64,000 nt of DNA from an uncultured bacterium (GCA_937900255.1 CALCDZ010000003.1:63149-127148); one strand, 5' to 3'; positions 42,201-49,849 are shown, counted from the first letter of the stretch. Notes: generated by a model from the letters alone, not told the origin. Numbers and translations are program-made.

Positions 42201-42273
42201 GCCGTGGAGCGAATACGCCGGAGAGATCCGCCTCAGCCCGTCCATCAAGGACGCCCAGGCCTTCCACCCATGA
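33274..42273 (+). CDS. giant (2999 aa) Cys-rich secreted surface protein with at least three CBM4/9-like modules
   Basis: Signal peptide; over 100 Cys with recurrent (A/V)GC motifs; three segments starting NGGFEDLLDG…W, RDPSFETPDSSGNPKYW and AADFESGTTGGW that resemble CBM_4_9 β-sandwich modules; antisense 1806-aa ORF judged spurious. Confidence 0.85.
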   Translation: MRERPSGRKTRSLAAPLLAILVATGVFGSGIVAPSPAQAQLIVSDPGATAAGTVSAAANTTTASAQVKQSAWDVLKIALTNTAELAILNGANYFAQKVAYDTANYVASGGNGQTPFFHTEGVLDYLGSTAKDAAADVLGTLSKDPNTFGKYGFNLCAPSDPHVSLIIKTGFLNGLPGLLGGSTGGPKPSCSWDTISRNWDQFSHLDSDTVLNNVGVMFTPGQSSLSAAIQVNNAALAEISKKQEAAVNDFVANNGFISKVSKIGGKVLTPADTIKTQLNLSLENGWKQGDQTVAISNGAFGNAAFGILPAALHTFTNTLAESMMKKVFDRGLITLNDILGNNKGDTALTFDGGSSPGGRASAELSNASLLTPKILSITNYNALTDFAACPAGSQRGPDNCVMDGQFFTAVNRASQGSPLTVRQAVAQGLLKANWPLLPLAHGKNHESTCYNEAFCYSNLVKLRKASVLPIGWELAANSPFNDVSRPITLAEAMNRFDDCPTKPDGSVDASKLPDPLHPWCHLIDPEWVLKYPVQICRQQAPGPTLVSSESPARALTCVDQATCIAQDAAGNCVGGYGYCVREKNVWNLDADACPAAYASCTTFRRADGASASYLSTTLDSGSCNGQNAGCRQYSQSQNAVPNGGFEDLLDGKARDWTLSPGARLSRSGLLAERGLDAVGLANGAVASVVIPSLQPSSPYVLSASVLQEFEASAPVGTVTLKLFRADGSPVSATDLKTTCTYRQGDPSVSLDISATHLGYLSGSCSITLPNDAASGKIELSSTTAQSGNRAWFDDVGLYGASFSASPYDSLLLNGKVQKCASDQAGCTDLVRMSTGTLNLVRDPSFETPDSSGNPKYWSVPTPGTYEKGTFKGFDGVSAMRLDANGVSQDVTGVLASASYVFSAYTKLGGAVSGNPRALVQLYDTSTPPAPVAPTSVTGCQVSGTGIRLDLAAGSDYRRAACAFTTPTDVGYARVTLIADNGSSALVDAVQLELSVEPTGYHEAYPSTAQHVYLKTMPEGLDCAGPDRAPECANYAPSCRREEVGCDSYKPDDGGIAIPAVTTAGDACPTECVGYDTFKEEPSNFNDPRFPLFLVPSTAQSCSAAEAGCSEFTNVQKLANGGESREDFSYLRLCAKPDQNAGTFYTWEGNDSKGYQLRTWTLLKSRIASSPVGGSDPTGGNAPCTKLAYDNAGRPACADDAASVAAASCLKSDLLANPDCREFYDAAGDIHYRLYSKTVVVSDACTEYRITKSTETECGAHGGSWRNQECHYFAYAPESQSCRAAAVGCRAYSGNASRNVRVALAADFESGTTGGWVSAPGGGATTDVANSNESVAAGGHSLKVSRATVTKDVSSIVKKGKSYLLTFWAKGTGDLTIAFSSAGDRAFTFNRVTGQPAPVALGTEWKPYQVGPVSAVNAAAFSAAGAAGNEQLTVSRSGSGSPLFYLDNIELREVTDDLYLIRDSWQTPASCDRTPSGDSSPQYMLGCRGYRDRSSRSVALKSFDRICRPEAVGCEAMYDTRHTASPFPQTFGAVCSLGAACAPSAGAVTCPCKIAGQTVCEAASGASTCRYDIDDSVPASRVSPSGDTVRIPADGVTYLVNDARYACTSDNVGCTMMGDKTLNRERTAVQGWKTVYFKNDPATYADTLCRKTEEYCQAYTRGADGSSAYFKDPELRTCEFKENVAGYSGWFKTGTSDPCYADYLQAGTQYGIWKNSDAPYAAWAGQCEPQYDQCKEFVDPQDTSTLHPNGQPYYAIKNARLDSSSCQNRASLTKSPSGADSASACVLFWQTDDLLKTFDAAATYQASDAQRGGLVSAVSSDRNDANVVLKVARDRQCGEWLDCRSSETVFNQTSGQYQNVCTSFGLCAQYERVGNTTRCVRYVDSAYTGQTLSTKIYQARDTGWKGLEYTSYAIPNQYPVNELVTMDVSSGTRSSKPDLRLVRVRGACAGAYGSACGPSDDPGTCLGPSNARKCVYPIDDGLKVTAESQLKQSQAAAGYPGTSCRAYPSENAPFPSTVADPSGWNLQAASMNNGNPVLIGPSPAFAAANVCQRRLVNGVEVSSCECNYTIAKYGSTTKYFPSGSSDIPTGYCGSGAYEGYECDPLASGVRAPSNLSCCSKSTNGNAFGGLLNGGTGGCDDGAQCIRLSKVDRVVGYEGQCLERDFTTPVNGLNNEYACLTWRPVGLVGGSRDIYNQNQTAGYFAAADRRFYCVGSQPAWSLDFHINTNEDRDQTDNHDLYYQYKGVGPYDQYTNSYFGHGTVTNIGTHSASQHHDCGDDTPNGGWCVWPTDSRLQLKEQRDGNGNVVTCTGNSDCDTGNKYWCSSQDPYKNTCVKGDTGSASQDQFKDYTFDNNAVGVLGCYEIRAGGTPETNYIDYPYIGPPLYRQQLQSIYFQVNRSIYHNFSDTDLAAATNPHQQVNQNCSDADDPSIASNADNDHADQNPTTKDVTRLKFKNGQPERKDGLLIPANNADHGLNIYYLDESNGFKVDASSGNGILLFTGNFDSNGKLSSIRIGAANPNGHGGSDDDRHVSFGIHAMGFVFKPGCSEIAQVDQDGEFGATQAFTNAINPARNFNPSAGGGLHADVLVNGDPNPAANSMLADYTNACTPFGAIGSISQPPPATPWTYVTSRLSNDVNQCTVSDFTKGNTYEPQAPETLAANPPVDSSGVQLVPPSSWASSSLRNLFRKIYDVWSYQPLDLEARGGTYQRVAANNPTGDPAGKGAYDETGQVDPNGLAFRTGLGSYLSNLAWNAPRIAAVDVNACDGNGRCKAGKLDSLTVNGRDRGVIIGADGAMSVTAKFFAWASHNSMPIVKRAVLWGDLASAEPPAKGWYKNQKPVCSPDVSDANAVGECANTPGLTCGADGDCPNGDRCVKGANNFGNTPGACNAAPYRFDHVYTCSLGDLQSMPLCTGSSESADNAPCYRLVNAAPVCVYRPKVQITDNWGWCNCTGSGCKASGGAYQDGCGVSAPPSDAKPWSEYAGEIRLSPSIKDAQAFHP

Positions 42274-42280
42274 CCCACCT

Positions 42281-44956
42281 ATGAAGACGCTCAGCCGCCT
42301 CATCGACACGATCAAGACGCGCTTGTCCGGGAAACATGCCCTTCCCCGCGTCTTGGGGCTGCTCGCGATCGGCCTGATCGTCTTCGTCCTGCCTGAAGCG
42401 GCGCATGCCTGCGGCACGTTCGACGTCGGATGCTACGTCGGACAGGCGATCATCAAGATCTTCGAGCTGTTGGCGGCGCTGATGGGGTACCTGCTGGTCC
42501 TCGAAGTCTCGGCCCTCATCAGCGTGGCGCAATACGCCAACTTCGTCTCTCCGGGCCCGACGGTGGTGCAGATCGGCTGGGTCGTCACCCGGGACCTGGC
42601 CAACATGTTCTTCATCGTCTTCATGCTCGTCATCGCCTTCTCGACCGTCATCGGCGGGCCGGCGGAGAAGTATTCCTACCGCAGCAACCTCCAGAAGCTC
42701 CTGGTCATGGCAGTCGTCATCAACTTCTCGAAGACGATCGTCGGGCTGCTCATCGACATGAGCCAGGTGCTGATGCTGACCTTCGTGAACGGCTTCAAGG
42801 ATGCGGCGGCCGGAAACTTCCTTTCGGCCTTCCAGATCCAGAAGCTGCTCGAGCTCTCGGACGGCACGAACGGCATCGACTTCGGACTGGTGCTGGCGAT
42901 GATGCTGGCGTTCATCCTGGCCGCCATCGCCGCCTGCGTCGTGCTCATCATGCTGGTCATGATGACGTTCCGTATCGTCATGCTCTGGATCCTGATCATC
43001 TTTTCTCCCATCGCGTTCCTCACGAGCGCTTTCCCGATGGGATCCGGGTTCACCGGGAGGTGGTGGGGGATGCTCAAGCAGTACCTGGTGAGCGGACCGA
43101 TCATCGCGTTCTTCCTGTGGCTGGCGCTCGCGAGCGCGCAGCGGAGTCCGGATGGCCTGGCCAACGAGAAGTACCAGAACGGGGGAGGATTCGCCCAGCC
43201 TTCATCCGCTGCCGGAGCCGAAGCGTCGGCGGCCGGGAACTTCCAGGGTTACGCCATCCCTTCGAGGGCCGGGCGTGCCGACACTATCCTGAGCCTCGTG
43301 ATCATGACCTGCATCATGTTCGCCGGGTTGAAGTTCGCGGCGGAAGACACGAAGGTCATCGGATCGGGCTTCGCGAAGCAGGTCAAGGGACGGGTCGAAG
43401 GCGCGTTGAACACGATCGCCCGCGCGCCTGATCGTTTCGCCAGGGATCAGGTCAGCGGCGCCTTCAGGAGCGTCGGCGGTTCGACCATGAAGGGTATCGG
43501 TACCGGTTTGGCACGCGTGCCGCTTCTCGGTGGGGTCGGTCGCCGCCTCGCCGCCAGGGGCGAGCAGCTCGCGGAAGGCCGCCGCGCGGAACTCGAAAAG
43601 CGTTGGGTCGGTTCCGCCAAGGACCTGGCGAAGTACAATCCTGGTGAATTCGGTTCCAAGATGCGCGTCGGTTTCGCCACCGCCGGACAGATCAAGGAAA
43701 CGGCCGAAGCCGCCCTTGCCAACCCGAAGGCCATGGAGGCGCTCAAGAAGTCGGGCGGCGCCGAAATCGTGCGCGATCGTCTCAAGGCAGCCTCTGAAAA
43801 GGATCCGGCCCAGAAGGGCGCGTACGACAATTTCATGAAGGCCAATTGGGATCTCGCGAAGGACGCCAAGGAGAAGAACGCGATCCTGGGGAAGTTCAGC
43901 GGGGAAGAGGCGCGGAAGTACATGAGCGCGCCCCAGATGACGGAAGAGCACGTCTCCCAGTTCGGCAAGAACACCTTGACCGACATCCTCGCGAACGGCA
44001 AGGGCGAACAGCAGGCTGCGGTCCTTGGGGCCTTCAGCGCCAAGAACGCCAGCGGCGAACTCGGCAAGTTCATGAAGGAGAGGCGCATGACCTATGCCGA
44101 CATCCCGGCCGAGGCATACGCGCAGGCCGGCGCGTCCGGCAAGTCCTTGAAGCTGAGCGCGCTGGAAGCGGCGGAAAAGGATCCCGCGCTGATGAGGAGA
44201 TTCACCGAGGACGCGAAAATGCGCGACCAGCTGGCGCCGGTGGCCAGGGACAATTTCGCGGCCGCCGTGACCGACATCGAGAAGGCGCAGAAGCTCGCCA
44301 TCCTCTCCCAACTGGGCGGCGCCACGGCTGCGGACTTCGGTTCGCCGCCGGCCGGCAGCCCGCCCGGGACCCCGAGCGACATCGAGGTCGGCATCGGCCA
44401 GCTGTCAGCCAAGGCGCTCAATGACTTGGAACGGAGCACGCCGACCGACAACCCTGCCGCGCAGGCCGGTCTCGCGAAGATCCTGGAGGCCGCCGTCAAG
44501 AACGGCAGCACCGACCTGGTGCAAGCCATCCAACGCAGCCCGAACCTGTCCACGTACGTGCCGCTCACCGTCGCCCGCGAGGCGGAGAAATCGACCGGCG
44601 GCTACAGCGCCAGCGTCAACAGCGCCGCGAACACGAAGCTCGCCGAACTTGATCGTCGCAGGAGGGATGCGGCCAGCAGTACGGATCCGGGCGTGAAGAG
44701 CGCGGCCTTGGGAATAGCCGATGACATCGAGCAGATCCGCGAAGCGATGGATGGGGCCAAGAAAGCGGCCAGGGAATTGGCGGCCGTCGAAAAGAACATC
44801 GCCACGCTCAGGGAAAACTTCGCGGACCATCAGAAGGGGGGCAGGGCGGATGACATGGCCAAGGTCGCCGCTGAGATCAAGACCGCGCTCAAGGAGGCTT
44901 TCGAGAAGAAAGAGAAGCTCGCGAAGGCCAACGATAGGCTCAAAGAGGTGAGTTAA
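42281..44956 (+). CDS. TrbL/VirB6-like polytopic membrane protein with about 590-aa coiled-coil-rich C-terminal extension
   Basis: N-terminal about 300 aa with 6-7 TM helices in VirB6/TrbL-like arrangement; long hydrophilic K/E/A-rich tail; start 8 nt after giant gene stop. Confidence 0.6.
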   Translation: MKTLSRLIDTIKTRLSGKHALPRVLGLLAIGLIVFVLPEAAHACGTFDVGCYVGQAIIKIFELLAALMGYLLVLEVSALISVAQYANFVSPGPTVVQIGWVVTRDLANMFFIVFMLVIAFSTVIGGPAEKYSYRSNLQKLLVMAVVINFSKTIVGLLIDMSQVLMLTFVNGFKDAAAGNFLSAFQIQKLLELSDGTNGIDFGLVLAMMLAFILAAIAACVVLIMLVMMTFRIVMLWILIIFSPIAFLTSAFPMGSGFTGRWWGMLKQYLVSGPIIAFFLWLALASAQRSPDGLANEKYQNGGGFAQPSSAAGAEASAAGNFQGYAIPSRAGRADTILSLVIMTCIMFAGLKFAAEDTKVIGSGFAKQVKGRVEGALNTIARAPDRFARDQVSGAFRSVGGSTMKGIGTGLARVPLLGGVGRRLAARGEQLAEGRRAELEKRWVGSAKDLAKYNPGEFGSKMRVGFATAGQIKETAEAALANPKAMEALKKSGGAEIVRDRLKAASEKDPAQKGAYDNFMKANWDLAKDAKEKNAILGKFSGEEARKYMSAPQMTEEHVSQFGKNTLTDILANGKGEQQAAVLGAFSAKNASGELGKFMKERRMTYADIPAEAYAQAGASGKSLKLSALEAAEKDPALMRRFTEDAKMRDQLAPVARDNFAAAVTDIEKAQKLAILSQLGGATAADFGSPPAGSPPGTPSDIEVGIGQLSAKALNDLERSTPTDNPAAQAGLAKILEAAVKNGSTDLVQAIQRSPNLSTYVPLTVAREAEKSTGGYSASVNSAANTKLAELDRRRRDAASSTDPGVKSAALGIADDIEQIREAMDGAKKAARELAAVEKNIATLRENFADHQKGGRADDMAKVAAEIKTALKEAFEKKEKLAKANDRLKEVS

Positions 44957-44974
44957 CGACTTCGGGACCGTCGT

Positions 44975-46783
44975 ATGGATCTCCTCCAGAAAATCCGAAA
45001 GCTTCCGGAGCCGGTCCAGGACTATCTGTATTCCGAGTCCTTGCTGCACGGGAATGGGCAGGTCATCGAACGGAACGCCCTCGATTTTGAGGGCCAAAAA
45101 ACCTTCCTCCGCCTCCTCCAGCGTGTCTTCGCCCGCGAGGTGCCGATGTCGGATCTTGAAAAAGAAGCATCCGCGCTCGTCGGAGGAGACGAAGGTAAAA
45201 GCAAGGCGTTGGCGCGCGATATCGCGGGCTACTGCCTCCTGCCGCTCGACCGCTGGCTCGGCGATGTTTCAGGTTATGTCCGTCGTCTCGGCGGGGACGT
45301 CTCGAGCTATCCGGCCGAGCGCATCCAGATGGTCGAGCGCACGCGCGACGAGGCGGCGTCCGAGGTCGTCAGTTCTTCCGACGGCGCGGCCGAAGCGACG
45401 GCGCGCGCCCGCGAGAGGATGCGGGACGTGGTCACGTCCTTCTTGGCAGGCATCCGCACGGAAGAGCAGGCGCTCGAGGTCCTGACGCGGTCCGACAAGA
45501 TCGGCGGCGTCGGGCTCGACCCGTCCGCCGCCCGGTCAGTGATCGATCATGCCAAGGAGGAACAGCGCACGGTCGTCATCAAGGAAGCGCCGGCCGTCGG
45601 CGCCCCGCCTGCGGCCGCTCCGCAAGCGCCATCCGCCCCCGCGCCGAAGCCGAAGGAGGACTTCGTCATGATCGCGCCGGAAGACGAGGAGGAGATCGCT
45701 CTGTTGAAGGAAAAGGCATCGTCGGCCAAAGGTACGCAGCAGGCAGACGAGACTGCGCGGCGCATTCAAGCCTCGATCGATCGCATCTACCTCGATTCCG
45801 GCCTCGCGACCGACGACGAGGATTTCTCGAAGCGCGTCAAGACGGTCATCGGCAACCGCCTCCGCGACGTGCGCGATCAGATGGAGACGCTTGAGACGAT
45901 GGTGCAGCCGAAGGAACTCGGCGGGCTCGGTCTCGGCCAGGAATCGGCGCGGCGCCTCCTTGGCATCATCCAGGGCAGCCTTCAGGAGGTCCATGAAGCG
46001 CATGCCGAGCGGATCGAAGGGGAAAAAGCCGCTTGGGTGGAGAAGGAACGCCGCAAGGCGGCCGAGGCACCCGCCCAGGAAGCGGCCGCTCAGGAATCGG
46101 ACCTGGAGCGCCTGTATCGCAGCATCGTCGCGAAATCGAAAAAAGCCACCAAAATGGCCGCCGTTGCCGCGCCCGTCGCAGCGCCGACCCCGGCGATGGC
46201 TGCGGCGCCCGCTTCGAAATTCCCGAGTCCTCCGTCGAACCTGCCGGTTTCCGACGTCCATATCATTCCACCGCACTTGCGCGCGCCCGTGACCATCCCG
46301 CTCCCGGAGGTCGAGATCGCCCCCGTTCGGACGTTCATGCCGCAGCCGCCGCTGACCCTCGTCAAGCCCGTGCCCGGCGCTCCCGCCCCCATGCCGGCCT
46401 TTTCGGTCGTGCCTGGGCAGCCGAACCGCCCCCGCATGGAAGACGTCAAGGCCGCTCCGAAGCTGACCGGACCGGTCGAGGAGCTTCGGGCCATCACCGT
46501 CGTCGATTTCCGCCGGCTCTCCAAGGACCCGAAGGAGGCCTGCATGAAAGTGAAGGACAAGATCGATCTTTTGGCCGAGCAGTCCTATACCCGAAGGACC
46601 GAAGGTCTCAAGGCCTGGTCGGCTTCCGAGGTCGTCCGTACCTATCTGGAACTCATGCGCGAGGGCCTGAACGGAATGCCGTTCAAGGAGGCGGTCGCGG
46701 CCCGCGAGGCGGCCAAGAGGCCGTTCCTGACCGCGGAGGAGTTCCAGGCGATCGGGGAGCTGAGCAGACAACTGCGATATTAA
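44975..46783 (+). CDS. hypothetical 602-aa protein of the T4SS-like cluster (no TM, Pro/Ala-rich linkers)
   Basis: Long GC3-biased ORF, no recognised motifs, no Walker box. Confidence 0.55.
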   Translation: MDLLQKIRKLPEPVQDYLYSESLLHGNGQVIERNALDFEGQKTFLRLLQRVFAREVPMSDLEKEASALVGGDEGKSKALARDIAGYCLLPLDRWLGDVSGYVRRLGGDVSSYPAERIQMVERTRDEAASEVVSSSDGAAEATARARERMRDVVTSFLAGIRTEEQALEVLTRSDKIGGVGLDPSAARSVIDHAKEEQRTVVIKEAPAVGAPPAAAPQAPSAPAPKPKEDFVMIAPEDEEEIALLKEKASSAKGTQQADETARRIQASIDRIYLDSGLATDDEDFSKRVKTVIGNRLRDVRDQMETLETMVQPKELGGLGLGQESARRLLGIIQGSLQEVHEAHAERIEGEKAAWVEKERRKAAEAPAQEAAAQESDLERLYRSIVAKSKKATKMAAVAAPVAAPTPAMAAAPASKFPSPPSNLPVSDVHIIPPHLRAPVTIPLPEVEIAPVRTFMPQPPLTLVKPVPGAPAPMPAFSVVPGQPNRPRMEDVKAAPKLTGPVEELRAITVVDFRRLSKDPKEACMKVKDKIDLLAEQSYTRRTEGLKAWSASEVVRTYLELMREGLNGMPFKEAVAAREAAKRPFLTAEEFQAIGELSRQLRY

Positions 46784-46799
46784 ATGGTAGGATGAGGCC

Positions 46800-47228
46800 A
46801 TGGCCCAGTTCGTCGTCCCGCAATTCATCGACGTTGAAGACAAGATCATCGGACAGGTGACGGTCCGCCAGTTCGGCATCATGATGGTCGATGCGCTCGT
46901 CTGCGTCATCGTCTACAAGCTCCTGAGCCTGGCCGTCGCGATCGCCATCGACGTGGCGCTGCTCGCGGCCGGGCTGACGCTCGCCTTCGCGCGCGTCAAC
47001 GGGCAGCCGTTCCACTTTTTCCTCCTGAACGTGCTTCAGACCTGGCGTCGGCCGATGATCCGCGTCTGGAACAAGGAACTTTCCGACGCGGAGATCATCG
47101 CCCTTTCGAAGGTCGAACCCCCGCCCCCGGCCCCGCGCCGCGTCTATAAGGAAGCGCCGACCACCTCTCGGCTCTCCGAGCTGGCGCTCATGGTCAATAC
47201 CGGCGGCGTCTACAATCCCGAGGAATAG
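46800..47228 (+). CDS. PrgI/VirB3-like small membrane protein
   Basis: N-terminus FVVPQFIDVEDKIIGQVTVRQFGIMMV matches the PrgI-family pattern (E-x-K-I-x-G-x-T-x-RQ) followed by two TM helices. Confidence 0.55.
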   Translation: MAQFVVPQFIDVEDKIIGQVTVRQFGIMMVDALVCVIVYKLLSLAVAIAIDVALLAAGLTLAFARVNGQPFHFFLLNVLQTWRRPMIRVWNKELSDAEIIALSKVEPPPPAPRRVYKEAPTTSRLSELALMVNTGGVYNPEE

Positions 47229-47247
47229 GGAATTCCAGGAGGAAGCT

Positions 47248-47946
47248 ATGGCGAATGAGCAGCTGATGCAAAGCAAGAAGCTCGCCGGGTCGAAACCCCA
47301 GGTCTCGACCCAGCAGTTCTTGGATATCGCCGAAATCCGGGAGGACGTGGTCGTCATGAAGGACGGCACGATGCGGGCGGTGCTGCTGGTCTCGAGCATC
47401 AACTTCTCGCTGAAGTCCGAGGACGAGCAGGAAGCGATCATCCAGGGCTACATCTCCTTCCTGAACTCGCTCGATTCCCCGGTGCAGATCCTCATCCAGT
47501 CGCGCAAGCTCGACATCGACGACTACCTGAACCGCCTCAAGGAGCACGAAAAGACCCAGTCCAACGACCTCCTGCGGAACCAGATCGTCGATTACCGGCA
47601 GTTCGTGAAGGAGCTGGTCGAGCTCGGGGAGATCATGCAGAAGAAGTTCTTCGTGATCGTGCCCTACAACCCGGCCTCGTCCAAGCGCAAGGGCTTCTTC
47701 GCCCGGATGGGAGAGGTGCTCTCGCCGCTCGTCTCGGCCCGCCTCCGGGAAGAGCAGTTCCGCCAGCGCAAGAAGGACCTCATGGTCAAGGTGGATTCCG
47801 TCAGGGCCGGATTGAACTCGATGAGCCTGATGAGCGCGACGCTCGACACCCAAAGCCTGATCGAGCTTTACTACACGGCCTATAACCCCCAGTCGATGCA
47901 GTCGCAGAAACTGGAGAAGGTCGACAACGTGCGACTTGAACCGTAG
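47248..47946 (+). CDS. virB4: VirB4/TraC-family ATPase, N-terminal fragment (CagE_TrbE_VirB region)
   Basis: DVVVMKDGTMRAVLLVSSINFSLKSEDE and FFVIVPYNP align with the VirB4 N-terminal domain; ends with TAG, 2 nt before the next ORF in a different frame. Confidence 0.65.
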   Translation: MANEQLMQSKKLAGSKPQVSTQQFLDIAEIREDVVVMKDGTMRAVLLVSSINFSLKSEDEQEAIIQGYISFLNSLDSPVQILIQSRKLDIDDYLNRLKEHEKTQSNDLLRNQIVDYRQFVKELVELGEIMQKKFFVIVPYNPASSKRKGFFARMGEVLSPLVSARLREEQFRQRKKDLMVKVDSVRAGLNSMSLMSATLDTQSLIELYYTAYNPQSMQSQKLEKVDNVRLEP

Positions 47947-47948
47947 AC

Positions 47949-49844
47949 ATGGCGTTCAACCCCGCTGACGCAAAACAGGAACGGCCCGCCGGGAGCGCGG
48001 CCAAGCCCAAGCTGACCGCCGCCGAGCGGCAGCGTTTGGCGCAGGAAGAGCGCATCAAGCTCGAGGAGGAACGCACGTACCGCAAGGGCGTCGTCACCAT
48101 CCGCGACCTGATCGCACCGGCCGCCATGGAGGTCAAGCCGAACCACATCCGGCTCGGCGATCTTCACGTACGCACGCTTTTCGTCGTGACGTATCCGCGC
48201 TACCTGACGCTCGGCTGGTTCACGCCGATCATCAACTTCTCGGCGACGATGGACGTCGGCATGTTCTTCTATCCGGTCCAGCCGGAGATCATCCTCAAGC
48301 AGCTCAAGAACAAGGTCGGCGTGCTCGAGGCCCAGATCATGTCCGACGCCGAGAAGGGCGCGGCGCGCGACCCGCTGCGCGAGACCGCCTTGCGCGACAT
48401 CGAGAAGCTGCGGGACGACCTGACGCAAGGCGTCGAGCATTTCTTCCAGTTCGCCTTGTACGTCACGATGTACGCCCGGTCAGAGAAGGAACTCGACGAC
48501 CTCTCCAACCAGGTCGAGGGCATGTTCGGTTCCAAGCTGATCTACACCAAGCGGGTGCTCTATCAGGCCGAGCAGGGCTTCAACTCGACCCTGCCGATCG
48601 GCAATGACGAGCTGATGATCACCTTCAACATGAACACGAGCCCGATCGCTTCGGGCTTCCCGTTCGTCTCGGCCGACCTCACCTCCGACAACGGCATCCT
48701 CTACGGCATCAACCGCCACAACAACAGCCTGATCCTGTTCGACCGCTTCTCGCTCCAGAACGCGAACGCGATCGTCTTCGCCACTTCCGGCGCGGGCAAG
48801 AGCTACGCCGTGAAGCTTGAGGTGCTCCGCTCCCTCATGGTCGGCACCGAGGTCATCATCATCGACCCGGAGATGGAGTATAAGCACCTCTCCGACGCCG
48901 TCGGGGGCACCTACATCAACATCTCGCTGGCGTCCGATTCCAAGCTCAACGTCTTCGACTTGCCGCGCCCCGTGGGGGAGGACGTCCGTTCCGAGGACAT
49001 CATCCGCTCGGCCGTCATCGCCGTGAAAGGCCTGATGCGCATCGTGTTCGGCGAGGTCACCACCGCCGAGGATTCGATCATCGACCGGGCGCTTCTCGAG
49101 ACCTATGCCAAGAAGGACATCGTGCCGGGCGTCGACCTGGCGACCGTCGAGCCGCCCGTGATGTCCGATTTCCAGCAGGTGCTCGAAGGCATCACCGGCA
49201 CGGAAAACCTCCAGATCAAGCTCCGCAAATATACCGAGGGCACGTTCGCCGGGCTGCTCAACTCGCCGACGACCGTCGAGATGGATAACCCGCTCGTGAC
49301 CTTCAGCGTCCGGGACCTGGAGGACGAGCTGCGTCCGCTCGCCGTCTATACCATCGTCAATTACATCTGGAACGTCGTGCGTTCCGAGCGCAAGAAGCGC
49401 GTCCTGGTGATCGACGAGGCCTGGTGGCTCATGCAGCACGACGACTCCGCCAAGTTCATCTTCGCCCTGGTCAAGCGCTGCCGCAAGTATTTCCTGGGCG
49501 TCACGACCATCACGCAGGACGTCAACGATTTCCTGCGCTCGCCGTACGGCCAGGCGATCGTCACCAACTCGGCGATGCAGTTCCTCCTGAAGCAGTCGCC
49601 CGCGGCCATCGATCTCATCCAGAAGACCTTCCTGCTGACGGAAGGGGAGAAGTACCTGCTGCTCGAGGCGGGCGTCGGCGAAGGCATCTTCTTCGCCGGC
49701 CCGAGGCACGCCGCCATCAAGGTGGTCGCCTCGTACGCCGAAGACCAGCTGATCACCTCCGACCCCCGGCAGCTGCTCGAAATCGAGAACGCCAAGCGGG
49801 AGCTGGAGAAGCAGCTCTTGTCCGGTGCTGAAACCCAAGCCTGA
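47949..49844 (+). CDS. virB4: VirB4/TraC-family ATPase, middle plus C-terminal ATPase portion
   Basis: VTYPRYLTLGWFTPIINF region, Walker A FATSGAGKSY, Walker B-like VLVIDEAWWL. Confidence 0.85.
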   Translation: MAFNPADAKQERPAGSAAKPKLTAAERQRLAQEERIKLEEERTYRKGVVTIRDLIAPAAMEVKPNHIRLGDLHVRTLFVVTYPRYLTLGWFTPIINFSATMDVGMFFYPVQPEIILKQLKNKVGVLEAQIMSDAEKGAARDPLRETALRDIEKLRDDLTQGVEHFFQFALYVTMYARSEKELDDLSNQVEGMFGSKLIYTKRVLYQAEQGFNSTLPIGNDELMITFNMNTSPIASGFPFVSADLTSDNGILYGINRHNNSLILFDRFSLQNANAIVFATSGAGKSYAVKLEVLRSLMVGTEVIIIDPEMEYKHLSDAVGGTYINISLASDSKLNVFDLPRPVGEDVRSEDIIRSAVIAVKGLMRIVFGEVTTAEDSIIDRALLETYAKKDIVPGVDLATVEPPVMSDFQQVLEGITGTENLQIKLRKYTEGTFAGLLNSPTTVEMDNPLVTFSVRDLEDELRPLAVYTIVNYIWNVVRSERKKRVLVIDEAWWLMQHDDSAKFIFALVKRCRKYFLGVTTITQDVNDFLRSPYGQAIVTNSAMQFLLKQSPAAIDLIQKTFLLTEGEKYLLLEAGVGEGIFFAGPRHAAIKVVASYAEDQLITSDPRQLLEIENAKRELEKQLLSGAETQA

Positions 49845-49849
49845 AACCT

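Noticed and set aside
47900-47960. Programmed -1 ribosomal frameshift joining the two VirB4 ORFs
   Set aside because: No slippery heptamer (X XXY YYZ) or downstream structure at the junction. A simple disruption or assembly error is more parsimonious.
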